In this document: one piece after another, positions 35,820 through 38,492 of the stretch
Numbering within the stretch: position 1 is the stretch's first letter
Layout: every line of letters starts with the position of its first letter
DNA from: Candidatus Atribacteria bacterium
GTDB lineage: Bacteria; Atribacterota; Phoenicimicrobiia; Phoenicimicrobiales; Stramentimicrobiaceae
Length of the DNA stretch: 38,492 nt
NCBI GenBank assembly: GCA_016934875.1
Contig: JAFGSC010000277.1
Location: forward strand, 1 to 38,492
Direction: 5' to 3'
Translations under genes and position numbers: made by a program
The notes under the pieces: generated by a model
Database searches by the model: none
What the model was told of the DNA's origin: nothing
What the model saw: the letters and a program-made list of their open reading frames with translations, nothing else

Positions 35820-36000
35820 TGAATTGTGAGCATTTTGAGTTTATTTGTTTTCATAATTATGGTTCTCGCAGAGTTGCGCAAAGTTTAACGCAGAGTACCG
35901 CTGTTTATTTATTTATAAATTATTTACCATTCGAATGATACCATCTTACATTTATATTTTCTGCGAAACTCAGCGGTTAACTCTGTATAACTCCGCGAGA
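35820..36000 (-). pseudogene. Decayed tandem copy: fnlC 5' relic, flank R, 12-codon GxxExxY relic and flank L
   Basis: 35832-35869 is identical to 35288-35325 (38 nt, including ATGAAAACAAATAAACTCAAAAT). The relic M*DGIIRMVNNL* corresponds to MKDGIVRIVNKL*. Flank L copy 35961-36000 corresponds to 35769-35809. Confidence 0.75.
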
Positions 36001-36004
36001 CATC

Positions 36005-37123
36005 TTATACCTCTTCATAATAAGTATCCTGATCATCAGGGTTGAAAAACTCATTTATCCAGAAAATAGTGTACAGTTCTTCGTTTCCGGTGTTAGTTAT
36101 ATTATGAGTGTACCAGATAGGCATATCAACATAAGATGGCTCATTTCCATCCAGGTCAAAATTTAAAACTTCAGATGTTCCGATCCTTCTTAATTGAATT
36201 CTTGCTTTACCTTTAATTACAGCAAACCTTTCAATTTTTCGTGTATGAAAATGGTTGCCACGTGTAATACCCGGTTTGGTTGTTGAAAAAGATATTTGCC
36301 CGCCCAGTTGTGTCTTAATGGTTTCAACAAAAGTGCCCCTGTCATCGGTGTTTAGTTTTAGTCTTACAGGGTAATGGTTTCCAATGTCTATATAACACCT
36401 GAAAGTATTGAACAGGTTGGTATCAAAACGATCGTTTAATTCAGGGAACATTCCATTATCAAAATACTGTTCCTTGTAAGCACTGAGCTTTCCCAGGATG
36501 TCAGTAACTTTTATTTCCGAGGTATGATTTATCCTGCACTCTGCGAGTGAAAACTGATAATGAATTGCTTTCCAGATTTCCTGTACGAGTTCTCCTACGT
36601 AAATAAGTTTTAGCTGCCCGTCAATTTCAATTTTAGGTTCTTCGTTATGGGTAAGCTGGTGGCAAAATGTAGCAACCACCGAATTATAATACGGGTTGCC
36701 AAAAGGGCCGAAGACATTGGGTATGATAAACCCTGTAAAGAGAGTCTGGTTTTTATTGGCCCATTCAGTAAGCATCTTTCTTCCTTCAAGTTTCGATTTT
36801 CCATACAGGTTATCCCTTTCTTCCTGTGTAGACGAGGCAAACAATATATGCGGTTTTGAGCCGGTATCATCAAGCGCCTGTAAGAGTTGCCTGACCAGCC
36901 TGATGTTGGTATCATAAATAGCCTGAGGGTCATTATGCCTGTTCATTGCTGCCAGGTGGACAATTACATCGCATTGTTTTACAAATTCCTTAAGCTTTTC
37001 ATGGTCAGAAAAAAATTCATCACGAAAAGGTATCCGTGTAACTTCGTCTTTCTTAAGTCCAAGAAAATTATACAGATGGGTGCCTATAAACCCGGACTGA
37101 CCGGTGATGCCGATAGTTATCAT
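36005..37123 (-). CDS. fnlB: Bifunctional reductase/epimerase of the UDP-L-FucNAc pathway (FnlB/CapF/WbjC type: N-terminal SDR plus C-terminal cupin)
   Basis: 372-aa ORF with GITGQSGFIGTHL at the N-terminus and a cupin-like RGNHFH...NTGNEE at the C-terminus. It lies between fnlA and fnlC. Confidence 0.8.
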   Translation of the reverse strand: MITIGITGQSGFIGTHLYNFLGLKKDEVTRIPFRDEFFSDHEKLKEFVKQCDVIVHLAAMNRHNDPQAIYDTNIRLVRQLLQALDDTGSKPHILFASSTQEERDNLYGKSKLEGRKMLTEWANKNQTLFTGFIIPNVFGPFGNPYYNSVVATFCHQLTHNEEPKIEIDGQLKLIYVGELVQEIWKAIHYQFSLAECRINHTSEIKVTDILGKLSAYKEQYFDNGMFPELNDRFDTNLFNTFRCYIDIGNHYPVRLKLNTDDRGTFVETIKTQLGGQISFSTTKPGITRGNHFHTRKIERFAVIKGKARIQLRRIGTSEVLNFDLDGNEPSYVDMPIWYTHNITNTGNEELYTIFWINEFFNPDDQDTYYEEV

Positions 37124-37171
37124 TTACAGTGGTATATTCACAAGTTAATGGCAATAAAATTAAAGATATTT

Positions 37172-38212
37172 TTAAGGTTCGTAGGTAAGTGCTGATTCTT
37201 GTTTCAGGACATCTTCCCTTATAAAATTAAGTTTTAACAGCAATTGTTTTGTTTCATCAACATTTAGCCGCTGGGTATTGTGTGAAGTGTATTCGTTGGC
37301 TGAAGACACCTCAGATTCCCCTTCAGAGACAAATTTATTGTAATTCAGGTCGCGGGTATCGGCAGGTATCCTGTAATAGTTTTTCAATTCGGTTGCTTTA
37401 GCCATCTCTTCCCTGTTAACAAGTGTTTCGTATAGTTTCTCACCATGCCGGGTGCCGATAATTTTTACCGGTACATCTGACTTATAAAGCTCTTTGAGCG
37501 CCTGTGCCAAGTCAGCAATGGTTGATGCAGGTGATTTTTGAACAAAGATGTCTCCATTAGCGCCATTTTTAAATGCGAAAATAACCAGTTCAACCGCATC
37601 ATCTAATGTCATCATAAAACGGGTCATATTGGGATCGGTAATGGTTATGGCTTCGCTTTTTTTAATCTGGTCAACAAAAAGCGGTATTACCGAACCCCGT
37701 GAAGCCATGACATTACCATATCTTGTCCCACAGAATACCATTCCTTTGCTGTTAAGGTGCCTTGATTTTGCCACCATTACTTTTTCGCTGAGCGCTTTTG
37801 ACATCCCCATAGCATTAATAGGGTACACTGCCTTATCGGTACTAAGTACTATCACTTTTTTCACACTATGTTGTAAGGCAGCATCCAATACATTTTCACA
37901 CCCCAAAACATTGGTCCTTACAGCTTCTGCCGGAAAGAATTCACATGAAGGGACCTGTTTCAGGGCTGCCGCATGAAAAACATAATCTACCCCTGCCATT
38001 GCATAATCAATACTGTTGCGGTCTCTTACATCACCGATATAATATTTAATCTTCGGGTTTTTATAGAACTGCCGCATATCGTCCTGTTTCTTTTCATCGC
38101 GGCTGAAAATTCGTATTTCCCCGATTTCGGTGTCAAGGTACCTTCTCAAAACAGCATTGCCAAAAGAACCTGTACCACCTGTTATTAACAATATTTTGTT
38201 CTTAAATTCCAT
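37172..38212 (-). CDS. fnlA: UDP-N-acetylglucosamine 4,6-dehydratase/5-epimerase (FnlA/CapE/WbjB type)
   Basis: 346-aa ORF with ILLITGGTGSFGNAVLRRYLDT, IRIFSRDEKKQDDMR, HAAALKQVPSCEF and LSTDKAVYPINAMGMSKA (S-M-K triad region). Confidence 0.9.
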   Translation of the reverse strand: MEFKNKILLITGGTGSFGNAVLRRYLDTEIGEIRIFSRDEKKQDDMRQFYKNPKIKYYIGDVRDRNSIDYAMAGVDYVFHAAALKQVPSCEFFPAEAVRTNVLGCENVLDAALQHSVKKVIVLSTDKAVYPINAMGMSKALSEKVMVAKSRHLNSKGMVFCGTRYGNVMASRGSVIPLFVDQIKKSEAITITDPNMTRFMMTLDDAVELVIFAFKNGANGDIFVQKSPASTIADLAQALKELYKSDVPVKIIGTRHGEKLYETLVNREEMAKATELKNYYRIPADTRDLNYNKFVSEGESEVSSANEYTSHNTQRLNVDETKQLLLKLNFIREDVLKQESALTYEP

Positions 38213-38290
38213 ACCTAAATATTTATTTGATTAACCATAATTTTTAGCAATAATATATCATTTTTAAATATAACCGGGCAAAGGTGTTTT

Positions 38291-38370
38291 GGTGATTAGT
38301 AATTAGTTATTAGTGATTTCCGCCTTCGCCGAAGCTCCGGTGGACAGGGGTTATTAGTGATTGATTACTA
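38291..38370. repeat. ATTAGTGA-type low-complexity direct repeats flanking a GC-rich near-palindrome
   Basis: GGTGATTAGTAATTAGTTATTAGTGATT-TCCGCCTTCGCCGAAGCTCCGGTGGACAGGGG-TTATTAGTGATTGATTAC. A related GC-rich piece, ACGGTGGACAAGCCTGGCTTTCCCGCC, lies at 2147-2173. Confidence 0.45.
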
Positions 38371-38492
38371 AAGATTTTATTAATCCCTGTATCATTCTTG
38401 AAATTATATCACTACTGTCCGACTAAAATATTTTTCAAATTATAAACCCTCTGAAATAAAAAGGTTTAATGATATTACGCCACCTACGGGGC

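Noticed and set aside
2885-36933. Minus-strand ORFs nested out of frame in larger genes (2885-3076, 7467-7679, 14404-14598, 15718-16077, 20582-20806, 29918-30100, 34295-34483, 36610-36933).
   Set aside because: They overlap well-supported CDSs in another frame and have no motifs. ORF 34295-34483 owes its existence to the GC-rich repeat in fnlC.
1348-37976. All plus-strand ORFs in the track (for example 1348-1593, 4475-4783, 13426-13734, 24320-24655, 24786-25124, 36887-37195, 37548-37976).
   Set aside because: Each lies antisense within a long, motif-supported minus-strand gene. They have low-complexity or hydrophobic shadow composition and no family motifs.

Overview
AT-rich 38.5-kb chromosomal segment. 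Every convincing gene is on the minus strand. Gene content, TAnnTTTG-type promoter boxes and absence of Shine-Dalgarno-like spacing suggest Bacteroidota; this is an inference, no search was possible. No rRNA, tRNA or CRISPR array was seen.

Two parts:

(A) 10.9-38.2 kb is one large surface-polysaccharide (O-antigen/capsule-type) locus.
- It starts with fnlA-fnlB-fnlC for UDP-L-FucNAc. An SDR epimerase/dehydratase follows.
- Next comes a GtrB/ArnC-like GT2, then a glutamine amidotransferase fused to a WbuX/LfnA-type PP-loop amidotransferase.
- After that come a flippase, a hexapeptide acetyltransferase and an ArnT/PMT-like GT-C.
- A 410-bp AT-rich gap follows. After it comes a tightly packed block: SAM methyltransferase, Wzx, GT4, a damaged TylF-type methyltransferase, Wzy, two more glycosyltransferases and a CE4 deacetylase.
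- The block ends with an ATP-grasp, an AsnB-like protein with Ser in place of the catalytic Cys, a GT4, a second ATP-grasp and a DUF354 protein.
- No initiating phosphoglycosyl transferase or Wza/Wzc export genes are in the window.

(B) 0-10.9 kb is an accessory island.
- It holds four P-loop ATPase genes (two AAA_14/DUF4143-like, one DUF234-like, one Arch_ATPase-like), an AbiEi/AbiEii pair and a second, diverged DUF354 paralog.
- These genes are separated by mosaic repeat DNA.

Most unusual observations:
- A GxxExxY (PD-(D/E)xK) gene bounded by inverted repeats sits between fnlB and fnlC. A decayed tandem copy beside it duplicated the fnlC start.
- Two identical 31-nt GC-rich palindromic units are inserted in frame in fnlC. 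A relative lies in intergenic DNA, and a looser 31-nt palindromic insertion shifts the frame at the 3' end of one DUF354 gene.
- The island's intergenic repeats are largely relics of four-helix-bundle ('23S rRNA intervening sequence protein') genes, interrupted by hairpin elements. About 230-bp direct repeats of this material bracket the AbiE module.

All family assignments come from motif recognition by eye, not from database searches.
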